In this document: positions 19,424-28,508 of the stretch, piece by piece
How the letters are laid out: each line of letters begins with the position of its first letter
Numbering within the stretch: position 1 is the stretch's first letter
DNA from: a virus
Taxonomy: Duplodnaviria; Caudoviricetes
DNA: 64,000 bases
Strand: one strand, 5' to 3'
Virus record (IMG/VR): IMGVR_UViG_3300020577_008610
Coordinates: 64,001 to 128,000 of that record
The notes under the pieces: generated by a model
Databases searched by the model: none
What the model was told of the DNA's origin: nothing
The model's input: only the letters and a program-made list of their open reading frames with translations
Made by a program: the position numbers and the translations under genes

Positions 19424-20134
19424 TTATCCGATCTTGGTGTAAGTTCGAATGAACTCCAGGAGTTTCCGAGCATCTTCCTGACGCTTAGGGAACATGTCAT
19501 TATACATCTGGGTCACATTGTCCCGATGGCCACGAGCCACAGTATCAGAGTAGGTCTGATCTCTTGGCTGCTTTCCGACAGCCCAGTGCATGTGCTCTGT
19601 ATAGATACGCGGCTCATAAACTCTCCGACCAATCATCGTGCTTACATCAGTGAGCCAAGTGTCATTGTAGTCACAGGAAAAGTACGGAGGTACGAAGTAG
19701 CCAACGGTATTCACCCAGTTCCGGTGAAGGAAACCGTGGGTACCCAGCTTTTCATTTTGGATGCCGTCCATCCCGTGAACAAATACGATTTTGTCCGGCT
19801 GGGCATTGATGTGCTGCCTTACCAGAGTGTCCCACCCCTGGGAGCGGAAAATAATGTCATCGCCGCAATGCAGGTAGATTTCACCTGTGGCAATCTTCTG
19901 GCATTCATTCCACATCTGGGAAAGGACAATTCTTTCTCCGCAGATGCCAAGGTGCTGTGGAGAGTCCATTCGCTCGAACTGCTCCAAGGAGTGAATGTCA
20001 TCCTTGTCCATGTAGAAGACAATTTCCAGATTTTCCTTGTCGTCGGCTGTGTTCCAAGCAGACTCCCAGAGACGCTGCATTGCGTGTGGTCTTCCCCTGG
20101 TGGGTGTGAGAAGGCTGATCTTTGTATTGCTCAT
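19424..20134 (-). CDS. Glycosyltransferase family 2
   Basis: ISLLTPTRGR; CGDDIIF; YNDTW. Confidence 0.85.
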   Translation of the reverse strand: MSNTKISLLTPTRGRPHAMQRLWESAWNTADDKENLEIVFYMDKDDIHSLEQFERMDSPQHLGICGERIVLSQMWNECQKIATGEIYLHCGDDIIFRSQGWDTLVRQHINAQPDKIVFVHGMDGIQNEKLGTHGFLHRNWVNTVGYFVPPYFSCDYNDTWLTDVSTMIGRRVYEPRIYTEHMHWAVGKQPRDQTYSDTVARGHRDNVTQMYNDMFPKRQEDARKLLEFIRTYTKIG

Positions 20135-20490
20135 AGTCGAATAGACCTCATTTGCCCATTCTCATGGATTCCCATGAAATTGGAATGCTCCCGGACCCAA
20201 GACTCTCCAGAAGCGTCCTCGTAGGTGACCAGGAACCTTGTTGGATCTTCACAGTCACGAGATACACGAACAACAGTATACACGGTGCCCTTGAAATGCC
20301 TCCACTTGGTTCCAGGAACAGGATCGAGGGGTTTGGGATCCAGGTTCTTGTTGTTTGATACGTTTCTGCCTCTGAGAACATCTCGGAGTTCTTGTACCTG
20401 TTTGGCCATGACTAGATACGAAGTCTTCATCCAGGACTCAATTCCATAGCCTTCAAAAGACTTCACCAATTCTTCAAGGTCAACATCCAT
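20131..20490 (-). CDS. DUF1653-like domain protein
   Basis: PGTKWRHFKGTVYTV...VTY...WVR..F motif. Confidence 0.8.
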   Translation of the reverse strand: MDVDLEELVKSFEGYGIESWMKTSYLVMAKQVQELRDVLRGRNVSNNKNLDPKPLDPVPGTKWRHFKGTVYTVVRVSRDCEDPTRFLVTYEDASGESWVREHSNFMGIHENGQMRSIRL

Positions 20491-20526
20491 TGTTTGCTAT
20501 TCTCCATTCCTTGTGGGACATTTCTC

Positions 20527-21297
20527 CTATTGAGATTCGTCATTTACTCCCGTCCATCTTCTGTAAAGGTAGAGTTTTTCAGCCAAAACAGTGGTGTTTC
20601 TGAGAGCAAGTGTCACTCTTAGGTTAAAGTCAGAGTCCTCCGAGTTGGTGATCCGGAGACCCATTCCTGGAGGGTTGAACCGGAACCCAACGTTCCAGAG
20701 AGCCTTGAGGAACATCGCAGAAGTTCCAGCTGTTTCAAACTCTGCCGTGAAGAAATGGTTAATGCCCTCGGTCTGGAATCCGTACTGAACCATCTGGGAA
20801 ATGGTATCAGCTTCAATACCCTTGAGATCTCCTTCCACGTATTCATTCTTTCGTGCCTGCACCTCTTCCTCGGAGTGGCAGTGGTAGAAGCCACACAGGT
20901 TGTGAACGCTCTCTGTGGCCCTCATGGCCTGAAATTGCCTCTCGATTCGCTGAGGCAATGCAATGTCATCAGCATCCTGACAGGTAATGACGAGGCCATT
21001 GCATTGCTCAATTGCGGCATTCAAGCAAAACCACTTCCCCTTGTTGGAAGGAAGGTTGATGTAGCGAACCCTAGGGTCCTTGCGACACATTCTTTGGGCT
21101 ACCTCATCTGTCTCATCCGTTGAGCCATCATTCACGATGACGATCTCCAGGTTTCGGTAGGTCTGTCCGATAATGCTCTCCACGCTCTCTTGGAGAAACT
21201 TCCCATGATTAAAACAAGGGATGACTACAGTAATCGTAGGGAGTTCAGTAATCGATTCGTCCTGGCTGGGCTGCTCTGTTGCTGCTTCTGTTGACAT
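20527..21297 (-). CDS. Glycosyltransferase family 2
   Basis: VVIPCFN; IVNDGSTD; QDADD; SEDSDF. Confidence 0.92.
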   Translation of the reverse strand: MSTEAATEQPSQDESITELPTITVVIPCFNHGKFLQESVESIIGQTYRNLEIVIVNDGSTDETDEVAQRMCRKDPRVRYINLPSNKGKWFCLNAAIEQCNGLVITCQDADDIALPQRIERQFQAMRATESVHNLCGFYHCHSEEEVQARKNEYVEGDLKGIEADTISQMVQYGFQTEGINHFFTAEFETAGTSAMFLKALWNVGFRFNPPGMGLRITNSEDSDFNLRVTLALRNTTVLAEKLYLYRRWTGVNDESQ

Positions 21298-21581
21298 GTT
21301 TTGAGTCCTGCTTTTCTCAGTTGTTTGCTCAAAGAGAAAGATAGTCTCCCATGAACGGGATGAATATATCTTTCTGAACCTGAAGTGGGTTCTACCACAT
21401 TTTATGCTCTTCTAGGCTTGCAGCTAGTTTTCAATCCAGTGGACTTCGAAATAGCTTTGAGGCCAGCTCTCCAAAGCTGCCTGGCAAAGTTCTACTTTGC
21501 CATGGCTTTCTCTGGAAGGTACTTTGGCGACTCACTGCCTGGTGGATGAGTGGTAATGAACCATTTGAAACTTTTACCCAT
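21294..21581 (-). pseudogene. Interrupted ORF (TAG and TAA in one frame) or tandem micro-ORFs with two LRKAGLK-like motifs
   Basis: MGKSFK...AMAK*NFARQLWRAGLK...RRA*NVVE...SKQLRKAGLKT read in a single frame. Confidence 0.4.
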
Positions 21582-22602
21582 GCGTTTTTACCCAATCTTG
21601 GATGAGAGCAGGGTGGGACCTGTGGATAGTAACGTGAGGAGTTGCCGTTCCCGACCATCTGAAGTGAAAGATGTGCCCTCCGGTCTTATTCTCCAGGTCC
21701 ACGGCCTTTTGACGGATCATCTCATCGGTTACCTTGGCCCAAGGGACTTCAAAGAATGGATTCCAGTCAGGGTCCTTGTTCTTAGCACTGTCCGGACCGT
21801 ACATGGCTTTCCAAAAGGTTGTCCAGAAGGAACGGTACTGCTTGATCTTTCGCTCCACGGAAAACCAGGAATAATGATGAACTCCTGGGAGCTCTGTGAC
21901 AGCTTGATTGAACCACTTTTCGTAAGTAGCAATCAACTTGGAAGGATTTTTCATCACTATGTGTCGAAGACTGTCAATCTCTGGGGGCATGAAGCCCATC
22001 ACAGGGAGAATTTGGCCTGTACTCTTGGAGATGTAGTCGCAGGTATCTGTTCCCGGCGAGGCATAGTCCAGGCCGTTAAATTTCCTCCTGAGCTGGACAG
22101 GGATGCCGTGAGTGATGTCTGGAAGGTTTCGAGAAAGACGAGCTTTCCAGGGGTTGATATCAGCTCGAACCTTCCCTTTGCTTCCCCAGTATTCAATAAC
22201 AGGCAAGGCCACAATGGAGCATTGCCGAAGGTAATTCAGCTTCTCAATCAAAGGCCGAATCTTCGGAGCATCCAACTCGTGGACAATCTCATCCGTATCG
22301 AACTGCCATAGAAACTGCCCCTTGCAGTGAGACCTAGCCAGGGCCTTCGTCTGCCCATCGAAGATACCGTGATTAGGGGCCTTCCAGTCGAACTGATCGG
22401 TATGGAGGGCCCTAACCCTAGGGTCCTCCTTGGAGAGAGCTTGTAGAGCCTCCAGGGTGCCTTCGTTGGGGTCTCCAGAATCCAGAACAACTACCTCGTC
22501 AGCAAATTGAAGCATGCTCTTGATGGACTCCAGGAAAGGGTAGTCCATAGTCAGGGCATTGCGAGTGGTCGTGTAAGCAGAAATGGTAACTGCGGGAGGC
22601 AT
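21574..22602 (-). CDS. Glycosyltransferase family 2-like
   Basis: YPFLESIKSMLQFADEVVVLDSG; QFDTDE; HHYSW. Confidence 0.85.
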   Translation of the reverse strand: MPPAVTISAYTTTRNALTMDYPFLESIKSMLQFADEVVVLDSGDPNEGTLEALQALSKEDPRVRALHTDQFDWKAPNHGIFDGQTKALARSHCKGQFLWQFDTDEIVHELDAPKIRPLIEKLNYLRQCSIVALPVIEYWGSKGKVRADINPWKARLSRNLPDITHGIPVQLRRKFNGLDYASPGTDTCDYISKSTGQILPVMGFMPPEIDSLRHIVMKNPSKLIATYEKWFNQAVTELPGVHHYSWFSVERKIKQYRSFWTTFWKAMYGPDSAKNKDPDWNPFFEVPWAKVTDEMIRQKAVDLENKTGGHIFHFRWSGTATPHVTIHRSHPALIQDWVKTHG

Positions 22603-22605
22603 GGG

Positions 22606-22944
22606 TTACTCTTCCTCGACAACTTCATCACAACTTTGGAAGTTGGGGTGAGGAAGCCGGCACTCTGAACACACCTTCACAGCTCTCATTTTTCCCTTTA
22701 CGGTTTTGAGAGTGGAAGTCCCAGCTGCTTTCGGTTGAAATTCTGGAAGTTCTGCCGCAAGATCTCCTTGGTAACGTTCGATAAGAAATACGGCAGTCAA
22801 AACAGGTCGAAGAGTCTTTGAAAGCTCTTTTGTCAGCTTCCCATCGGACTTTTTTTGCTTCCGAAGGTCATCCAAGTTGTCGGCGGCATCTCGAAGAGTT
22901 GCGATGACTCCTTTCAATATCACTTCCAGTTCTTCTCGTTTCAT
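22606..22944 (-). CDS. Hypothetical protein with C-terminal CxxC..H..C
   Basis: 112-aa ORF with GGAGA RBS. Confidence 0.65.
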   Translation of the reverse strand: MKREELEVILKGVIATLRDAADNLDDLRKQKKSDGKLTKELSKTLRPVLTAVFLIERYQGDLAAELPEFQPKAAGTSTLKTVKGKMRAVKVCSECRLPHPNFQSCDEVVEEE

Positions 22945-22959
22945 GTGTTCTCCAAATGC

Positions 22960-22987
22960 ATAAGGGGAGCCTTCTGGCTCCCCTTAT
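22960..22987. terminator. Intergenic hairpin, probable terminator or processing site
   Basis: ATAAGGGGAGCC-TTCT-GGCTCCCCTTAT, perfect 12-bp stem. Confidence 0.7.
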
Positions 22988-23018
22988 TATATCACTTGGA
23001 GTTTCGAAACGCTACGGA

Positions 23019-24092
23019 TTACCACTCTCCGTTGGTGATGACGTTCTTGGGAGTGGGAGTTGGACCCTTGAGATTGACCGTGTGGTTGGTGATCTTTTCG
23101 TTTAGGGGAGAGTCGTCCTGCTGACCGGTGAACCCATGATCCTTGTCCTTCTGGGAAACAGGCTTCACGTTGGCCAGAGTACCGGAACCCTTGACGGCAT
23201 CATGGCCGTTCTCGTAGGTGAAGTAGGCTCCCTTGTACTCCGAAGCAGCGATGGGGCTCTCGGGGCACTTCTCTCCGGTAATTTGTTTCCAGAGTTCAGC
23301 GTTGACAATGTGGATGAACACACGTTCAGCCTTGGCTTGATCCCACACTTCGATCCCATGAGGATCCTCGTAGACCTTCTGCTCCATCCGGCCACCCTGA
23401 GCCAGGCCCATCTCGGTCGACTTGTTGAAGGAGCGAGAAGACGACCTGGTTGCGATCGGAGCACCAAAAGGTTCGGCGGAAGTGTTGTAAGGCTCAAATG
23501 CGGCTATACTGGCAGCGTAGATCTCCGGATCACCTCGATAGGTGTATTGAGGTACCTTAATGGCCCCAGGTTTCGGAGGAATCACGAGAACCTGGATGCC
23601 TCCCACGTCTTCCTTACCGGTGACCTGGGCTTCCACGGTGTAACTCTTGCCCATCTGCATGGCCACGAACTGACGAATCTGTCCGCCACCGATGTTGAAC
23701 CCATCCAGCCAGGGCTGGGGATCAGGAGCGACCATGTAGTCTTGCTCAGGATCTTTGCCATCCACGCCGGTTGGGGGTTGAAGCTCCTGGGACCACTTGC
23801 CACCGGAAACAGCATTTACCTTGCCGGTTGCCACCTTCACGGCAGAGGTTGGGCCGGAGAAGCCAAGCCACATTGCTTCACGCTCGAACATGGGGATGAA
23901 GACACCACCGTGGTCCTTCCAGGCAGCAGGCACCTTATCCTTGTAGTCTTCGATCCGCTTCATGGCGAAGTGCCCACGAGACGGAGGAAGGGAGTGAGAC
24001 TTCCCATCCTCTGGCAGCCGAATGGTCCGGTGCAGGGTGATGGTGAAGCCGTTGTCGAACACGATGGAACCGTTCTGAATCTTGATCGTCAT
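23019..24092 (-). CDS. Conserved uncharacterised protein (family recalled from bacteria and fungi)
   Basis: RTIRLPEDG...LPP..G.F; GGVFIPMFEREAMW; QPWLDG; IRQFVAM..G.SYTVEAQVTG. Confidence 0.75.
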   Translation of the reverse strand: MTIKIQNGSIVFDNGFTITLHRTIRLPEDGKSHSLPPSRGHFAMKRIEDYKDKVPAAWKDHGGVFIPMFEREAMWLGFSGPTSAVKVATGKVNAVSGGKWSQELQPPTGVDGKDPEQDYMVAPDPQPWLDGFNIGGGQIRQFVAMQMGKSYTVEAQVTGKEDVGGIQVLVIPPKPGAIKVPQYTYRGDPEIYAASIAAFEPYNTSAEPFGAPIATRSSSRSFNKSTEMGLAQGGRMEQKVYEDPHGIEVWDQAKAERVFIHIVNAELWKQITGEKCPESPIAASEYKGAYFTYENGHDAVKGSGTLANVKPVSQKDKDHGFTGQQDDSPLNEKITNHTVNLKGPTPTPKNVITNGEW

Positions 24093-24104
24093 TTCTTGTT
24101 TTCC

Positions 24105-24971
24105 TTACGGACAGAGAGGGGTTGCTCTGAAATCACAGAACCGGCATGAGTTCCGGTTCTTTAGCCAGTAACGTTTGGCTATCAGGTTTACTGACAACGA
24201 AACGAGGTCCAGAGCATCTTTCCTCGTCTTGTCGCCTACAGACACCTCCACAAGCTCACAACGCTCTTTCTTGGCTGTACGCTTGAGGAGGACAAATCCA
24301 CACCGAATGTCCTCCAGCGGTATGCCCATTTTGACACTGAAATAGTGCTTGTAAAGGGTTAGCTGCATTCTTTTGAATTTGTCTTGCTTCTTCTTTTTGT
24401 CCCAACCCCAAGAGGTGGTTTTCCAATCAAGAATCCAGTAGATATAACCGGATGCAGGTTTCTTGCTGCCCTTCCGAGCCTGCTTGGGCACCTTAACCAC
24501 ACAGTCAACGAACCCTTTGAACCACTTGTTGGTTAGGCCTTCAATCGGCTCAAACAGCGGCAGTTCGGCTGCAACGACTTCCCATCCTGGGAAAGTCTCA
24601 TTCATCCAAATGGGAACCCTTCGAAGGATATGGTCGATGGGATTCATCCACTCCTCCATCAGAACTCCAGGATCCGGCTTAAAGTTGGGCAGCTTATCGA
24701 AGTCCTTGAGGATTTCGTTGTAGCAATCGTCAATCCGCTCTTCCCAGTCAAAGTCAGCAGTTTTACCCTTAAGCAGCCAATCCTGGAGAGCTGAGTGCAT
24801 TCCGTGACCGTAGATAGTATGCTCCGTATCAGGTTCGGTATGCCCATCCACGTACTTCAGTTTGTGCTTGTGACCGCAGTCATTGCATGTGCTGACTTCC
24901 GAGAAGGAAACGTGGTATTTCCCGGTCGGAAGTATTGTTGGGTCCTTGAAAAGAGGAAGGTGGACGGACAT
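24105..24971 (-). CDS. PD-(D/E)XK nuclease, Cas4/RecB-like
   Basis: SFS..C; GFVDC; ILDWKT; QLTLY; C-terminal CRFC...CP Fe-S ligands. Confidence 0.85.
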   Translation of the reverse strand: MSVHLPLFKDPTILPTGKYHVSFSEVSTCNDCGHKHKLKYVDGHTEPDTEHTIYGHGMHSALQDWLLKGKTADFDWEERIDDCYNEILKDFDKLPNFKPDPGVLMEEWMNPIDHILRRVPIWMNETFPGWEVVAAELPLFEPIEGLTNKWFKGFVDCVVKVPKQARKGSKKPASGYIYWILDWKTTSWGWDKKKKQDKFKRMQLTLYKHYFSVKMGIPLEDIRCGFVLLKRTAKKERCELVEVSVGDKTRKDALDLVSLSVNLIAKRYWLKNRNSCRFCDFRATPLCP

Positions 24972-25019
24972 GGGTTTAGCATAACATGCTTCTGGCCCGA
25001 TGTTGACCTATTTACCAAC

Positions 25020-25385
25020 ATGGACAAGACACCCGAAAATCTGAAACTCCTACAGGAGTTCACAGCCTATGTGATTGAGCAGCTCCAAATCCAGAGCAAT
25101 GCCAAGATCATTTTCCTTTTCGGACATGACCCCAATTACCCTTCTGCGGGCGGTTATCTCCCAGGCAAAAAGACCGTGGTGTGTGCTGTGAAGAACCGGG
25201 CCATTGCAGATGTCATGAGAACTCTAGCCCACGAACTGACCCACCATCGTCAATATGAGCTGGGGATGATTGGCCCTGGAGATATGGACAACCAGAAGCT
25301 TGAGGACCAAGCCAACGTTTACGCTGGCCGTCTGGTCAGGTGGTTCGGGCGGGAGCACAAGGAAATCTACGGGGACCTGGGCTAG
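25020..25385 (+). CDS. Small HExxH metallopeptidase-like protein
   Basis: RTLAHELTHHRQ...LEDQAN; TATTTA at 25009-25014. Confidence 0.75.
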   Translation: MDKTPENLKLLQEFTAYVIEQLQIQSNAKIIFLFGHDPNYPSAGGYLPGKKTVVCAVKNRAIADVMRTLAHELTHHRQYELGMIGPGDMDNQKLEDQANVYAGRLVRWFGREHKEIYGDLG

Positions 25386-25394
25386 AACCTTCGG

Positions 25395-26321
25395 CTAAAT
25401 GCTGAGTTGCGCCCAGAAGAAGTCACCCCTGGAGCGGAGATAGGCTTCGCAATCCTCTGCTGAGGAAGCAAACCACTCGTCGTTCTTCTGGAGCACATTG
25501 TCGTTGACCATCACCTTCAGGCCCATCAGACGGGCCTCCAAGGTGACTCGGGGACAGGTGTCCTTGTCGAGCGGCATGAAGATGAACCCCTCGTACTGGC
25601 TGAGCCGCTGGAGGAAATCCTTGTACGGCAGGTTCGGGATGGGCTCGGACTTGAACTTCTTCAGATTGCACCACTTCTGGGTCTCGTCCACTCCCTTGAT
25701 CCAGGAGCCCGAGCCGAGGGTGGCCCAAACAGCCTTCCGCTCCCTTGGCTCCTGATTACGGTAGGAAGCCAGAAGGTCCAGGGTTTCGTCATCGAAGACA
25801 GAAGACAGGACGATATGGCCAGGGTGGTCAACCAGTTCAGGAACGTGACGGAGCCAGTGTCCTTTTTGCCCATAGGACATCCAGAAGATCCTCTCGGCTT
25901 TTCGGAAAAGCCGGACAACCATCAGGCCGTGCTTGTCCTTGGCGCAATTGCAAGACTCTCCTGTTGCTTGCTGGTGTCGGTTGGTGGATCTCCAGGCACA
26001 GAACTTGAAGTCGTACTCCACGATAGAGTAGCGAACCCCACTTTCAGGGAGGTACTGGATCATGGTCTCGTTCATGGCGGCAAAGTTGCCGAAGATCCAG
26101 TATTTGTCCTTGTTGGCGTCCAGAAGCTTCCGGGTAACCGAGACTGAGTGCAAGCGGAAGACCTTGTGGGGGCTCTTCTTGATGATGGCTTCAGAAGTCA
26201 GTTCGGCTCCTCCTGCAACCTCGCGAACAAAATAATCGTTGACAAAGACAACTTTTGCTGTCTTGGGAATGGCGTACTCCACCGGCATTCCAGTAAACAA
26301 ACTTCGACCTACTCCACTCAT
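25395..26321 (-). CDS. Glycosyltransferase-like protein (GT-B)
   Basis: GGAEL N-terminus; DTCPRVTLEARLMG. Confidence 0.7.
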   Translation of the reverse strand: MSGVGRSLFTGMPVEYAIPKTAKVVFVNDYFVREVAGGAELTSEAIIKKSPHKVFRLHSVSVTRKLLDANKDKYWIFGNFAAMNETMIQYLPESGVRYSIVEYDFKFCAWRSTNRHQQATGESCNCAKDKHGLMVVRLFRKAERIFWMSYGQKGHWLRHVPELVDHPGHIVLSSVFDDETLDLLASYRNQEPRERKAVWATLGSGSWIKGVDETQKWCNLKKFKSEPIPNLPYKDFLQRLSQYEGFIFMPLDKDTCPRVTLEARLMGLKVMVNDNVLQKNDEWFASSAEDCEAYLRSRGDFFWAQLSI

Positions 26322-28192
26322 GACTTTTTCTTTACCTTTTTGGTTTTCGAAATTTCCTCCACATCATGAAGAAGAACAATGGTCATGTCTTCGGTAGCCG
26401 ATTCTCCATATGGCTTCTTGTTCCTCCAGAGAATGTCCAAGAGTCCAAGCTCTCGGGCATGGTCAATCTCGCTCGTCAGGAAGACGCTGGCACAAGCATC
26501 AGGGAAAGGACGAAACTCTCCGGGTTTCCCATGAACATGATTGACCGAGATTACTGGCAATTCAACTCCAGGCTCTTGCCGTTTCTCATAAGGGAGAACT
26601 TTATACCGATTGCACTTCACTCCAATAATATCTCCCGGCTTCACTGAACGCATCCAAGCCAAGGTTTTCTCTCGGTCCATCACCAATTCGTTGCGTTCCA
26701 GCAGATCCATTTGTTCTTCAGAGAGCCGACTAAGCAGAGACATCATGGACTTGTTGTAATCGTAACCAGTAGAGCCCATGTAAAGGTGCTCGCGAGAATG
26801 CTGCTTTACCGGGACCTTAGATTTGATGAGTTCAACCCGTACCTTTTGGCCATTGTAGTCGATGATGTCGCCGTCTTTCAAACCCTTTTTCTTGCTTTCG
26901 TCTTTTAGCTCTTCGGTCATGTTCAATGTCTCCAATGGTTGAGTCGGAGGTTTTACTTTCATCATAGGCTCTGGGGAAGTGGTTTGCACACCAATCTTTA
27001 CCATCCAAAAGTTTCCTTTTCTGGTTCTTCTCTTCAAGAAGCCCAAAGAAAGAAGCTTCTTTGCCAACAGTTGTGACTTGTAAGTTGCAAATCGAACCAA
27101 GCCCTGGGACTTCAGAAATTCCTCTCGACAGGCTGAAACTTCTTGAAGTGTCATTGGTATTTCCAGCTCGGAGGTCTTTTTCAGTGTGTCAAAGAATTTC
27201 TTGTCGAAGGCTTCCAAGGTATCCAGCTCATAGTGGACTTTATGGCCATTTTTGGCCAACCAACCGAGGTATAACTCGTTGACTTTCTCGAAGGAGTTAT
27301 TGTAGGCAGGGTACCTCGAAACCGAGTTCACAATTCCCTCCAGTTCCAATTCGAAAGAGGTTGGGTCCTCAAAGCAACCCAGGTACTTCAAAGCCAAAGT
27401 CATCAGCTTCGCCTTGGTTGCCACCCCTCGGGCTCTGTCAGAGGAGAGCAATCGGTGCATTGTCGCATTCCGGACACCACAAGGGATCAACATCCCCATG
27501 GCCATCTTGTCCCGAATCATTGAAACGCTCATGGATTGCCAGAGCTTCGTCAGCTCTGAGGTTTCTTTGGGTACAACAGCAACCGGCCCGGGAGTTTTCT
27601 GTTCCTTAGCCTTGGTCTTTGCTGCCACGGCAATCTGAAGTTTCTTTCCCAGGAAATCAGGAACATCCTGGATGGTTGTGGTCTTCAGATCACAAGTAAA
27701 CTCGTACTTCTTCCCGCTTTTGTGGGTGCTGGGAGCAATCACCACAATACCACCAGAGCCTCGGATGTCCATCTTCTCGTCAACCAACTGACAGGAATTC
27801 TTTACAGGCACACTGGACCAATAAAGGGCGTGGTCTCCACCACCTCCACTCCGCTGAGTAACCGTGGTGCTGTGCCTCGCAAGCCTCTGGAGGAAGGGAT
27901 GAGACACAAGATCGCCATCAGCAACCACAAGGAACTTTCCTACGACAGAACTTTTTCTACCAGTACTCAGAGCCAAATTAACAGGCTTCTTTCCACCAAG
28001 CCAGGACATCACCCTCTTCGGATCCGTGGAAGCGATCATTTGCCACTTAGCCATCAGGGGATGTTTCCCAGGACTAGGACAGTTGCCGCCCTTTCTGCAA
28101 GTGCACTTTCCATCTAGGATGCCATGACAAGGAAGCAAAGGGATGTCAAGGGCACAGAAGTAATTAACGATTTCCTGCAAAGAGTTGCTCAT
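26318..28192 (-). CDS. Bifunctional primase/polymerase (Prim-Pol) domain protein
   Basis: CTC..C.SPGKHP; DGD; SGGGGDH; DIRGSGGIVVIAPS.H.SG..Y; start at MSNSL. Confidence 0.85.
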   Translation of the reverse strand: MSNSLQEIVNYFCALDIPLLPCHGILDGKCTCRKGGNCPSPGKHPLMAKWQMIASTDPKRVMSWLGGKKPVNLALSTGRKSSVVGKFLVVADGDLVSHPFLQRLARHSTTVTQRSGGGGDHALYWSSVPVKNSCQLVDEKMDIRGSGGIVVIAPSTHKSGKKYEFTCDLKTTTIQDVPDFLGKKLQIAVAAKTKAKEQKTPGPVAVVPKETSELTKLWQSMSVSMIRDKMAMGMLIPCGVRNATMHRLLSSDRARGVATKAKLMTLALKYLGCFEDPTSFELELEGIVNSVSRYPAYNNSFEKVNELYLGWLAKNGHKVHYELDTLEAFDKKFFDTLKKTSELEIPMTLQEVSACREEFLKSQGLVRFATYKSQLLAKKLLSLGFLKRRTRKGNFWMVKIGVQTTSPEPMMKVKPPTQPLETLNMTEELKDESKKKGLKDGDIIDYNGQKVRVELIKSKVPVKQHSREHLYMGSTGYDYNKSMMSLLSRLSEEQMDLLERNELVMDREKTLAWMRSVKPGDIIGVKCNRYKVLPYEKRQEPGVELPVISVNHVHGKPGEFRPFPDACASVFLTSEIDHARELGLLDILWRNKKPYGESATEDMTIVLLHDVEEISKTKKVKKKS

Positions 28193-28235
28193 GGAGAACC
28201 TACGAGTACCATATTTCAATCCTCTGTTTAACTTT

Positions 28236-28274
28236 TCTCTTCCCTCCCTCCCTCCCTCTTGGTTATCCTCCACG
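28236..28274 (+). repeat. Dispersed motif copy 1 (pyrimidine tract + TCTTGGTTATCCTCCACG)
   Basis: 18-nt core identical to the copies at 46.5 kb and 56.7 kb. Confidence 0.85.
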
Positions 28275-28275
28275 A

Positions 28276-28497
28276 TTATGGAGAAATAGAAAAAATGACA
28301 ACATCAGTAGCTCCACCTGGTGGAGTGTTGTCGGAATACACGTAGTTTCCTCCCAATCTTCCCCTGTAGCGGATGGTTGGTTGGGATGTGGTTGTTTGAA
28401 TGCTAATGCTGTTCACCAAATTGGCTTGCACAGCCACTTGTGCTGTGCTAAAGTAAGGAGATAAATCAAATAATTGATTTCCAGTAAAATCTGCCAT
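28276..28497 (-). CDS. Small putative virion protein
   Basis: AGAGAGG RBS; follows structural genes. Confidence 0.55.
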   Translation of the reverse strand: MADFTGNQLFDLSPYFSTAQVAVQANLVNSISIQTTTSQPTIRYRGRLGGNYVYSDNTPPGGATDVVIFSISP

Positions 28498-28508
28498 GGG
28501 GTCCTCTC

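Noticed and set aside
23136-24149. Long + strand ORF (also 18176-19021 and 14463-15149)
   Set aside because: Antisense shadows of well-supported, codon-biased minus-strand genes
28193-28273. N-terminal extension of prim-pol (MEDNQEGGREGRE)
   Set aside because: It is a translation of the dispersed non-coding motif and its purine tract
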